DNA of 64,000 nucleotides. Origin: an uncultured virus (IMG/VR IMGVR_UViG_3300034104_001787) (lineage: Duplodnaviria > Heunggongvirae > Uroviricota > Caudoviricetes). Numbering within the stretch: position 1 is the stretch's first letter; the number at the start of each line of letters is the position of its first letter. Location of the stretch: IMG/VR virus record IMGVR_UViG_3300034104_001787; one strand, 5' to 3'. This document shows positions 52,623-60,018 of the stretch, one piece after another. A model generated the notes under the pieces. The model saw only the letters and a list, made by a program, of their open reading frames with translations, searched no databases and was not told the DNA's origin. Made by a program: the position numbers and the translations under genes.

Positions 52623-52694
52623 CAGTCAGGGCAAGATTCGAACCTACAATCGTCCGCTTATTAGGCGGGGCTTTACCAATTAAGCTACCTGACT
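52623..52694 (-). tRNA. Degenerate tRNA-like gene, apparent anticodon AAT (Ile)
   Basis: Acceptor AGTCAGG/CCTGACT, D arm GCTT/AAGC, 4-bp anticodon stem CCGC/GCGG around CTAATAA, T arm GTAGG-TTCGAAT-CTTGC with two G-U pairs. Confidence 0.55.
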
Positions 52695-52700
52695 ATATTG

Positions 52701-52773
52701 AGCTTCTGAAAGGAATCGAACCCTCAACCTACTGAGTACAAATCAGTTGCTCTACCAATTGAGCTACAGAAGC
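52701..52773 (-). tRNA. tRNA-Thr(UGU)
   Basis: GCTTCTG/CAGAAGC acceptor, ACTGA-TTTGTAC-TCAGT anticodon arm, TTCGATT T loop. Confidence 0.9.
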
Positions 52774-52873
52774 AAGGATCATTTTTAGGGACACCGCTGA
52801 TTTTCTATTGAATACCTTAATCGGTTTTAAATGATCAAACCCTTCTTGTTATCACAAGTTGTGACATCAAGAG

Positions 52874-52947
52874 TAGGGGCGACAGGACTCGAACCTGTGA
52901 CCTTGATGATATAAGCATCCTGCTCTAACCAACTGAGCTACGCCCCC
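52874..52947 (-). tRNA. tRNA-Ile(UAU)
   Basis: GGGGGCG/CGCCCCT acceptor, GCTC/GAGC D stem, GATG-CTTATAT-CATC anticodon arm, ACAGG-TTCGAGT-CCTGT T arm. Confidence 0.85.
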
Positions 52948-53015
52948 AGTTAATCGCACCTATTAAATCGTAGAGGTGCAGAACGCATAAGTAAACAACC
53001 CGAAACAAAGAACAG

Positions 53016-53089
53016 TGCGTGGGAAGGGAGTCAAACCCTTATAGTCCAATTTAGAAGATTGGTGCATTATTCAATTATGCTACCCACGC
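53016..53089 (-). tRNA. tRNA-Arg(UCU), atypical D/T loops
   Basis: GCGTGGG/CCCACGC acceptor and CCAAT-CTTCTAA-ATTGG arm; T loop is TTTGACT and the D loop lacks GG. Confidence 0.75.
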
Positions 53090-53096
53090 ATTGCCA

Positions 53097-53104
53097 CAAA
53101 AGTA
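53097..53104 (-). promoter_or_regulatory. Bacteroidota -7 box (TACTTTTG) for the tRNA cluster
   Basis: TAnnTTTG 7 nt upstream of tRNA-Arg. Confidence 0.55.
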
Positions 53105-53281
53105 TTACTTCGCGGCGTAATAGTTATCGCGCATCATCTTAACAATTTCTCGTTTAAGATCTTCGCCAAACCTTTCTACCTCTCTTTCAAAGCGAAGGTC
53201 TTGTTGCCATTCGTTGAAGGATCGGGTCTCACGGTCGGGGTAAGATGAGCTTTGTACCTTAATAGTTTTAGTTCTATCCAT
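53105..53281 (-). CDS. Hypothetical protein
   Basis: MDRTKTIKVQSSSYP...SFNEWQ; start uncertain. Confidence 0.55.
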   Translation of the reverse strand: MDRTKTIKVQSSSYPDRETRSFNEWQQDLRFEREVERFGEDLKREIVKMMRDNYYAAK

Positions 53282-53291
53282 AGTTAGGTGT

Positions 53292-53334
53292 AAATACAAA
53301 GTGGGTACCAGAACCTTGCAGTCCCAGTACCCAC
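53292..53334 (-). terminator. Putative terminator after the MazG-like gene
   Basis: Minus strand GTGGGTACTGGGAC-TGCAAG-GTTCTGGTACCCAC, a 14-bp stem with G-U pairs, followed by TTTGTATTT. Confidence 0.6.
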
Positions 53335-53355
53335 CGTATCTCGATTTGAATCAGG

Positions 53356-53661
53356 TTACTCCTTAATGAATGTGCCGCCTACAGTTTTGCCTTTGCGGTT
53401 GGCAATCTGCTTATATGCTTCTCCTAATGTATAAGCAGGAGAGTAGCCGAGTTGTTCGTTCAGGATGATTATCGTAACCATCACATCGCCCAATGCATCA
53501 ATAATACCGTCATCATCAGCTTTAAGGATAGCAGAACCAAGTTCTCCGACTTCTTCTACTACCTTGATGAATTGGCTTTTTGCATTGTCAGGATGGATAA
53601 GGTTACGAGCCTCAGCCCACTCAACCACCAACCTGTTTAATTCATTAAGAGTTAGATTCAT
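53356..53661 (-). CDS. MazG-like NTP pyrophosphohydrolase
   Basis: WAEARNL...QFIKVVEEVGEL...IIDALGD...RKGKTVGGTFIK. Confidence 0.85.
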   Translation of the reverse strand: MNLTLNELNRLVVEWAEARNLIHPDNAKSQFIKVVEEVGELGSAILKADDDGIIDALGDVMVTIIILNEQLGYSPAYTLGEAYKQIANRKGKTVGGTFIKE

Positions 53662-54113
53662 TTTACTGCATTAAAGAGTTGTTCCATTGTGTACTTACCG
53701 GCCCAAGTATAGTCAGCATATCCATCGCTACGGGTAAAGCGGAACTTGGATACGGTCTTACCAGCAAAGGCCGCAGGATCTAACACAAAGATAGAGATAG
53801 CTGCTTGGGCACAGTCAATCTCTCCGTGGTCTACTTCCGCTGTAAACTTAGTATTGTCCGTAAAGAGGAACGTAATTTGACCATCCTTCGTGCCGGAGCA
53901 TCCAATATCTGCCAGAGTAAAAATGTAAATACCAAACGTGCCATCGATATTGAATGCAGATGCATGTGCTCCCATTGGCGATTTGCCAATAAGTTCGAGT
54001 TCGGTAACACGTCGGTGTGATCCTGTGAATTCATCAACTTTGTCTGTCTGGAGTTTTTGTGCAGATACAGAGGTGCTAATTGCTGCAAGAGCAAGGAAAA
54101 AGAATTGCTTCAT
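53658..54113 (-). CDS. Exported protein with Sec signal peptide
   Basis: MKQFFFLALAAISTSVSA-QK signal peptide; DKVDEFTG motif; Cys pair. Confidence 0.65.
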   Translation of the reverse strand: MKQFFFLALAAISTSVSAQKLQTDKVDEFTGSHRRVTELELIGKSPMGAHASAFNIDGTFGIYIFTLADIGCSGTKDGQITFLFTDNTKFTAEVDHGEIDCAQAAISIFVLDPAAFAGKTVSKFRFTRSDGYADYTWAGKYTMEQLFNAVK

Positions 54114-54136
54114 AATAGAATTAAGGGGGTAGTTAA

Positions 54137-54268
54137 TTAATCATCATCCCAGTCATCTGGGAAATCCTCAAAGGACTTGTCTTCAAATCTTTTGCATAGT
54201 ACACACTGTACTTTGCAAGCGATTTCTGTCTCGTTAATGAGGGAGTTTTGGCAGTAGAAAGGTTCCAT
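54137..54268 (-). CDS. 43-aa Cys-rich protein with acidic tail
   Basis: MEPFYC...CKVQCVLC...DDWDDD; preceded by a TATATTTG box at 54287-54294. Confidence 0.5.
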   Translation of the reverse strand: MEPFYCQNSLINETEIACKVQCVLCKRFEDKSFEDFPDDWDDD

Positions 54269-54327
54269 TGTTTAACAGTTCTACGCCAAATATATATACT
54301 ATCTATTTATTGAGTAATAGTATGTAC

Positions 54328-54552
54328 TCAGGTTACAATCGCGTAATGCACAACCTCTTGTTCATCGTCTATGCGTATTACAATACCTCCTGTATTGGAG
54401 ATATGAGTACTTGCATAATAGCCGTGAAGGGGAGGGTCGAATTTGTGTACAGCAAACTGATCGATATGCCATACACATTCCCCTACAACGAAGTAGGGTT
54501 CACCATCTTGCCCATATTCTAAACGGGATTCGCCTTGTTTAAGAATCTTCAT
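54328..54552 (-). CDS. Hypothetical protein
   Basis: 74-aa ORF coupled to the upstream gene. Confidence 0.55.
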   Translation of the reverse strand: MKILKQGESRLEYGQDGEPYFVVGECVWHIDQFAVHKFDPPLHGYYASTHISNTGGIVIRIDDEQEVVHYAIVT

Positions 54553-54814
54553 TCATCTTGTTTTCTAAGTGTTGTATTAAAATTTCTAAGTAGTGCTTTG
54601 CCTTATACAGGTCTTCTATTCCATTCTTGTTTCCATATCGGGAAACATACTTGATTATGTTCCCTTCACAAAAGCCAATCTGATTAGCCAGTATATATTC
54701 TACTGGTTCAATACCGAGTGACTTGTAATGCTTTCCTCCAATCTGTGTTTCTAATAGGTCAGGTTTACTGTCCGGTGTTTCCATCGTGTTCAAGTAATCG
54801 TCGAAGTAATTCAT
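54539..54814 (-). CDS. DUF3310-family (T7 gp1.7-like putative nucleotide kinase)
   Basis: QIGGKHY...IEPVEYI...FCEGNIIKYVSRY..KNGIEDLYKAKHYL. Confidence 0.85.
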   Translation of the reverse strand: MNYFDDYLNTMETPDSKPDLLETQIGGKHYKSLGIEPVEYILANQIGFCEGNIIKYVSRYGNKNGIEDLYKAKHYLEILIQHLENKMNEDS

Positions 54815-55949
54815 GGACGTTTTCTGGTTTGTTTGCAGGACTTACGGGAATATTGATTTCATCACATCCACAATTTGTTCCATACACATTTAAAAATGCA
54901 AGTATATCTTCTGAATTTACGTGATGATTTAAATCAATATCTCCTGTCGTGCAAAAGTTGCATCCATAATTAGAAAGTATAATAAGCAAATCAGATGATC
55001 CTACACTGCAATCATTGTCTAAATCACCAAAGCAGTATACATCGTCAGAGAAGAGTTGTGATCTCTGGTACTCTAACATAGCATGCATACGAGCTATCTG
55101 TCCCGGCGTAAACCTATCTCTACACTCTTCGTCGGCATAGTCCATATGGTTGTCTGCTGCAAAAGGAACGCCGTTATATGAAGGCATAGGGCAGTAATAT
55201 CCGGATACGCCCGGACAACCATAGCTAACTTTAGTGGGGGGAGTATCGCATACATAATCTCCGCTATGTTCACACGGCCCTAAATTCTGTCCGCAATTAC
55301 TTACATATCCATTTTGATGCTTGAAGACATGATGTAATCCGCAGTAATGTCCCATCTCGTGAGTCAAAGTTTCATTCTCAAACCTCCACGTAAGCTGAGG
55401 GCCACTTACTCCAAACATCTCAGATTCTACCCATACCCCATCAAGCACCGACCAAGGGTAAAAGTTTACCCAAGCGAAGCCAAGTATAGAAGAGCAGAAA
55501 TCAGGAGCCACGTATATGTTACAATACTCAGCAGTATTCCAACGAACCATATTTGTCCACTGGGACATCTGAGTACCATAATCAGGAAAGCATACTCCTC
55601 CAGTATTGCGGTAGGATTGTGCCCAAGCAAAGGTTCCTAAATGGGTATAGGTGTAGTCCTCTAAAACAAAGGAGATACCAGTAGAATCAAAGTCGACATT
55701 GAGTTGATCCATTGCTTCCTCAATGATGTCAACACTAATATTGCTATTAGGGAAGGCAGCATTATCGTGTAGGATATGCACAACACAACGAATAACCTTC
55801 GGCTCATAGTTCCTGTTGATATTATAATTTTCTGGAAGAATATTATTAAGTTCTCCTTGAACGCTGCAGTACTCTACTTGCTTGCTATCTTTTTGTGCGA
55901 TAAGGCTTAAATTAAACCCTAATAATAATAAAAAAAGAAACTGTTTCAT
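54765..55949 (-). CDS. Secreted M43 (pappalysin/ulilysin-like) zinc metalloprotease with C-terminal dockerin-like domain
   Basis: Signal peptide, HEMGHYCGLHH, GDYVCDTP, NHMDY Met-turn, FTPGQIARM; then GDLDNDCSVGSSDLL and GDIDLNHHVNSEDIL. Confidence 0.85.
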   Translation of the reverse strand: MKQFLFLLLLGFNLSLIAQKDSKQVEYCSVQGELNNILPENYNINRNYEPKVIRCVVHILHDNAAFPNSNISVDIIEEAMDQLNVDFDSTGISFVLEDYTYTHLGTFAWAQSYRNTGGVCFPDYGTQMSQWTNMVRWNTAEYCNIYVAPDFCSSILGFAWVNFYPWSVLDGVWVESEMFGVSGPQLTWRFENETLTHEMGHYCGLHHVFKHQNGYVSNCGQNLGPCEHSGDYVCDTPPTKVSYGCPGVSGYYCPMPSYNGVPFAADNHMDYADEECRDRFTPGQIARMHAMLEYQRSQLFSDDVYCFGDLDNDCSVGSSDLLIILSNYGCNFCTTGDIDLNHHVNSEDILAFLNVYGTNCGCDEINIPVSPANKPENVHELLRRLLEHDGNTGQ

Positions 55950-55966
55950 TGAGAATGATATTTCCT

Positions 55967-55974
55967 CAAAGATA
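55967..55974 (-). promoter_or_regulatory. Bacteroidota -7 box (TATCTTTG) for the M43 gene
   Basis: TAnnTTTG 17 nt upstream of the ATG in an AT-rich gap. Confidence 0.55.
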
Positions 55975-56011
55975 CAGTTTCTCTGTATTATTTTTTATTT
56001 CAATATGTAGG

Positions 56012-56488
56012 TTACTCTACATAAGGAACATATATGGTCTTGCCTGCCTTACGGATAGCGCGTAGAACTTCTTTTTTATTCTGGCCTTTTACATAAGCAA
56101 CATGCACCCAATCGGGATTATTGCTGTCACCAAACTCCCAGATTAATTGTTTAAATTCAAGATGGTCTTTAACATAATTAAAGATTGCCTTGTTATCGAT
56201 GTAATTGAATCCATCCACATCTATATCTAAAGCAGATCCAGTCATATGGTCGGAGGTCTTACTTCCTTTTACAGCTTTATTTAAAGCCTCACAACGAAAG
56301 CCACTTGCTACTTTAATAGGTACGCCAAAGTAATCTCGTATTTTTTGAAACACTTCTGTAGCAACCGTCTTGAGATTCTCAAGTTGTTTGTCATTAGGCA
56401 CATTGTTTATGCCTAAGCGAATAGCAGTTTCAGATTTGATTACCTCTTTCAGTGTGAGGTTCTTGCTTAATTGCATTGATGTATCCAT
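56012..56488 (-). CDS. Peptidase M15A-family endolysin-like protein
   Basis: SGFRCEALN...SDHMTGSALD...QLIWEF...WVHVAY. Confidence 0.85.
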   Translation of the reverse strand: MDTSMQLSKNLTLKEVIKSETAIRLGINNVPNDKQLENLKTVATEVFQKIRDYFGVPIKVASGFRCEALNKAVKGSKTSDHMTGSALDIDVDGFNYIDNKAIFNYVKDHLEFKQLIWEFGDSNNPDWVHVAYVKGQNKKEVLRAIRKAGKTIYVPYVE

Positions 56489-56508
56489 AGTAGTTGGGAT
56501 TTAGTTAG

Positions 56509-56594
56509 TAGCCGGAGCGGGGGTCGAACCCGCACGAACTTTTCAGTTCAACAGATTTTAAGTCTGTCGTGTCTGCCAATTCCACCATCCAGCC
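56509..56594 (-). tRNA. tRNA-Leu(UAA)
   Basis: GGCTGGA/TCCGGCT acceptor, ACAGA-CTTAAAA-TCTGT arm, long variable arm, GCGGG-TTCGACC-CCCGC T arm. Confidence 0.92.
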
Positions 56595-56608
56595 ATTTGC
56601 TACAAGAG

Positions 56609-56616
56609 CAAATATA
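56609..56616 (-). promoter_or_regulatory. Bacteroidota -7 box (TATATTTG) for tRNA-Leu/endolysin
   Basis: TAnnTTTG 14 nt upstream of tRNA-Leu. Confidence 0.55.
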
Positions 56617-57300
56617 TTACCATATAATAGATGATTCTCCGTGCCTTACCAAGAAGTCGTTGGCTTGACTGAAGTGTTTGCATCCAAAGAATCCTGCCTT
56701 ACCACCACTATATCCTTCTGCAGCTGGGTGTGCTGCTTTGAGTACAAGGTGATGGCTTGGTATGTACATATTAGAAACCATATTCTGGGCAAAGCTACCC
56801 CATAACATCCATACTATAGGCTTGTCTGGTCTGTAAGAGAGTTCCATAAGAACCTGTCCTACAAATTGTTTCCAGTTAAAATCCTTGTGGCTATTCGGAA
56901 GACCAGCATTTACAGTAAGAGTACAGTTTAACAGAAGGACTCCTTGCTGTGCCCACGGAGTAAGGTCTCCTCCTTCGATATTTACCTTACCCAGATCTTC
57001 AATAATAGCTTTTTTAATGTTGCGAAGAGATGGGTTAATCCGCCTATCATTAGGCACGCTAAAAGCCAAGCCATCTGCCGAACCATCGTGATAAGGATCT
57101 TGTCCAAGTATAACAACCTTTACGTCGTCATACCCAGTTGTTTTAAAGGCACGAAATACTTTATCGCTGGATGGATATACGACGTGTTTCTGTTTGGCCT
57201 GTTTGATTTGTTCTCTTAGCTCATCCATATAGGAGCAGCTAAAGATTGGCTCTAACGTCTCTGCCCATCCGTCTCCTACAATATCAGTAATCTTCTTCAT
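56617..57300 (-). CDS. ung: Uracil-DNA glycosylase, family 1
   Basis: VKVVILGQDPYH, GLAFS, PSLRNI, WAQQGVLLLN, AAHP and FFGCKHFSQAN motifs. Confidence 0.95.
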   Translation of the reverse strand: MKKITDIVGDGWAETLEPIFSCSYMDELREQIKQAKQKHVVYPSSDKVFRAFKTTGYDDVKVVILGQDPYHDGSADGLAFSVPNDRRINPSLRNIKKAIIEDLGKVNIEGGDLTPWAQQGVLLLNCTLTVNAGLPNSHKDFNWKQFVGQVLMELSYRPDKPIVWMLWGSFAQNMVSNMYIPSHHLVLKAAHPAAEGYSGGKAGFFGCKHFSQANDFLVRHGESSIIW

Positions 57301-58309
57301 ATTTTAAAGGTATTGCCCCTGCTATCAGGGTTTCTTTGCTTGCTCCCCAGTTATTGGTATAGGTATGGTAAGCAATCCGAGAGATTAACTCTGATGCTTT
57401 ACTCCACCCAAGGTCAAGGTAGCTTTCGTCGATGCTAAATATCTCACAAGGATATTCTTTGTTTGTCTGTACAGCTACGATATACATACTCTTGGGTGTG
57501 TACTCAGGGTATGCTTTAGATACAGCCCATTGATAAAAGGCAAGCTGTCTATCGTAGTCATACTTCTCGAAGGTATCTTGAAACATCCCAATAGGTGAGC
57601 GGGTGGTCTTCAAGTCAACAATCGAGTAGGTCTTCTCTTCGTGGTTAAATAAAATTCTATCTACCTTAGCTTTGAAGTCTAAGCTAAGTGATTCATTCTC
57701 AAGCTCTAAGTCCCACTTCTCGGTAAAGTAAATCTCTACTTCGTTATGGGCTTCATCGTATGAGCCATTGAACCCATCCCCTTCTATCAGTTCTGAAGCA
57801 AAGGGATGCATACGTATAGAATCTACACAGCCCATTATCTGGTGGTACGTCATTGAATCTACGATATGCTTGTCTTGCGATTGGCATAAGGCAATCCAAT
57901 AGGGTTCTGCCGTCTTGAGGATTGAATCGATACGTGAGGATAGGGTTCTATTGGAGTAGTAATCATCTGGAATTACGATACCCCATTCCTCCTCTTCTAT
58001 ATCCTTCAACTCGATATGTGGCATTAGTCCCTCGTGCCTCTCCCTGACCCGGTTAAAGAGAACGTCGATGATCTCTTTCACCTTAGGGCCGGGTACATTA
58101 GACGGGGTAATATCAATCGAGTCAGGCTCAAGAAGAACCTTATGTATCAACGTACCTAACTGGAAGGAATCATTATCCTTCGAATCGAGTAAGCCATCGA
58201 GATACTTCTTAAAGTACCGAGGGCTACCTCCAGACATAGGATCTATATAACTCAAGCAACTGTTATTTATAGCTGCTTTACTAAAGTAGCTTTCGTCCCC
58301 GTTCTTCAT
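57284..58309 (-). CDS. PD-(D/E)XK exonuclease (RecE/ExoVIII-like)
   Basis: LGTLIH, EVEIYF, FKAKVDRI, IVDLKT and YDRQLAFY motifs; likely start 58309 (track gives 58342). Confidence 0.85.
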   Translation of the reverse strand: MKNGDESYFSKAAINNSCLSYIDPMSGGSPRYFKKYLDGLLDSKDNDSFQLGTLIHKVLLEPDSIDITPSNVPGPKVKEIIDVLFNRVRERHEGLMPHIELKDIEEEEWGIVIPDDYYSNRTLSSRIDSILKTAEPYWIALCQSQDKHIVDSMTYHQIMGCVDSIRMHPFASELIEGDGFNGSYDEAHNEVEIYFTEKWDLELENESLSLDFKAKVDRILFNHEEKTYSIVDLKTTRSPIGMFQDTFEKYDYDRQLAFYQWAVSKAYPEYTPKSMYIVAVQTNKEYPCEIFSIDESYLDLGWSKASELISRIAYHTYTNNWGASKETLIAGAIPLKYEEDY

Positions 58310-58532
58310 TGGTGTAAAATTTAATAGGTTCTTCTCGTTCAACCGTCAGTCCAACAAATCTATCTAAAAGAGTCTGCCGTACCAGACGTTTCGCTTCTTT
58401 ATCCATCCCACTCTCGTAACCATAGTAACCCTTTACACTTACTGTACCTTCAATAAGTTCTCCTTTAAAGGTTGCTTTATAGTTGTAGATATAGAGGATA
58501 GGATCTCCGGGCCGTAATTTCTTTTCTTCCAT
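58281..58532 (-). CDS. Hypothetical protein
   Basis: 83-aa co-oriented ORF. Confidence 0.5.
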   Translation of the reverse strand: MEEKKLRPGDPILYIYNYKATFKGELIEGTVSVKGYYGYESGMDKEAKRLVRQTLLDRFVGLTVEREEPIKFYTNEERGRKLL

Positions 58533-58543
58533 ATCAACATATA

Positions 58544-58565
58544 GGGAGGGACCGAAGCCCCTCCC
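58544..58565 (-). terminator. C(UUCG)G tetraloop hairpin (terminator or RNA stabiliser)
   Basis: Minus strand GGGAGGGGC-TTCG-GTCCCTCCC in an intergenic gap; weak U-tract. Confidence 0.55.
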
Positions 58566-58572
58566 CTTTTAG

Positions 58573-58815
58573 TTAGTCAAGCCAATCTTCAAAATCTGCA
58601 TCATACAGATTCAACTCTTGATCTGATTCCTCTACATCACAGAGGTCGAAGGCGTAGTGGTCTTTGAGTGCGACATCTACAGCTTGCTTAACCATAGCAA
58701 TAGCGTCGCGTACTACCTCGGACTTATCAGAGGACTCATACTTAGAGACAGCAATAGTCACTACAATATCTACAGTGCCGTTAACTGTCTCATTGATTTC
58801 ATTGAATGCGCCCAT
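58573..58815 (-). CDS. Hypothetical acidic protein
   Basis: 80-aa ORF followed by the hairpin. Confidence 0.55.
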   Translation of the reverse strand: MGAFNEINETVNGTVDIVVTIAVSKYESSDKSEVVRDAIAMVKQAVDVALKDHYAFDLCDVEESDQELNLYDADFEDWLD

Positions 58816-58845
58816 AATTCTTGTGTTGCGCTCGTTTTACTTCTA

Positions 58846-59016
58846 TTAACGTGGGGTAAGGTCATATAGATCCTTACAGTAATCACATTGAACAACCTTC
58901 AGGCTTACTTGCTTCAAGGTGCCGGGACATTGAGGACAGAAGATAGACTTCTCCTTCTCTTTTCGCTGCAATCCAAAAGCAATTTCGCTGTGGTAGTATT
59001 CTTTAATTCTGCTCAT
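58846..59016 (-). CDS. 56-aa zinc-ribbon protein
   Basis: Manual translation MSRIKEYY...CPQC...CDYC... Confidence 0.6.
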   Translation of the reverse strand: MSRIKEYYHSEIAFGLQRKEKEKSIFCPQCPGTLKQVSLKVVQCDYCKDLYDLTPR

Positions 59017-59446
59017 TGGGATCTGGGATTTCTAAACCTAACTCTTCAGCCGACCATTGTCTAATAAGGTTGATGTAGTTAGTGAACTCGATAGTAGTCA
59101 TAGTCTTAGTATCGGTATGTTCTAACTCTACCTCCTCTGTAATTGCATTCCACTTCTCCCGCTTAGCAAACATATGCTTGAGAGATTCGTGGACGTGGGT
59201 ACGCTTCAGTTCGCCAGTATCATTACCTAAGTCACTGGCTTGCATACCCTTATTCTTTAGCTCTACATAGATCATATATACCACAGTACCCCAGTAGTAA
59301 GCATTCTGATTGATGCTGCGTAGGGGAAGGGGAGTAAGGTCTATAAGAACTTCTTTGTTATTCAGTTTACTTAACTCGTTATGCCAAAGGGTTTCTTCGT
59401 ATGGAACGAATTGCCCATTGATAATCTTTCCAACAGATTTGATCAT
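59003..59446 (-). CDS. NinB/DUF1367-like recombination-associated protein
   Basis: RSINQNAYYWG...HESLK...TKTMTTIEFTNYI...LEIPDPN. Confidence 0.75.
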   Translation of the reverse strand: MIKSVGKIINGQFVPYEETLWHNELSKLNNKEVLIDLTPLPLRSINQNAYYWGTVVYMIYVELKNKGMQASDLGNDTGELKRTHVHESLKHMFAKREKWNAITEEVELEHTDTKTMTTIEFTNYINLIRQWSAEELGLEIPDPNEQN

Positions 59447-60018
59447 TAGTAAAAGGGATCATTTGTTCTATGGTCTTGCTTGATTATAAATACAAGTTTC
59501 TTATCCTCTTCATTTTCTACAGCGTGAAACTCTATAGAAGCTGAGCGAGATACATACCTGATATTGTCGTCAGGTATCTTACCCATATTAACCAGCAAGT
59601 CTTGAAATACTTTGCAGTAAATCCACTTGTTATCTAAGTCCCAGTCGCATTTGCCGGGCACGTCATACAGCTTGCACTCTATTTGAATAGGGAAGGTTTT
59701 GATTTTAGGCATATGCTCTAAGAACGGCCTATAGAAATCCTTGATAGCATTAACAATCTTAACTCGTATGATAGGTGTACTTAGACCAGAATAGAAATCC
59801 TGACCGTTGATACGCTTGTATCTTGGATTGTTTACACTCTTGGAGTTCTTCACTATAGGTTGCCCATCAGGACCACACAACCTTCCCTTAGAATCGTATC
59901 CGTATGCTTGATACTTCTTAGGGATTTTGTCAGTTTTAGAGAAGTACTTCGGTCTCCTACTATTACTCATCTTAACCTGAGTAATGTAGTTTGGCATTTC
60001 AATGGTTATGATATTCAT
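59446..60018 (-). CDS. RusA-like Holliday junction resolvase
   Basis: WDLDN...KVFQDLL...IPDDN motif. Confidence 0.75.
   Translation of the reverse strand: MNIITIEMPNYITQVKMSNSRRPKYFSKTDKIPKKYQAYGYDSKGRLCGPDGQPIVKNSKSVNNPRYKRINGQDFYSGLSTPIIRVKIVNAIKDFYRPFLEHMPKIKTFPIQIECKLYDVPGKCDWDLDNKWIYCKVFQDLLVNMGKIPDDNIRYVSRSASIEFHAVENEEDKKLVFIIKQDHRTNDPFY

Noticed and set aside
51076..57300. Uracil-substituted or hypermodified genome
   Set aside because: Intact ung and thyX point to ordinary thymine DNA; no base-modification enzymes seen in the window.
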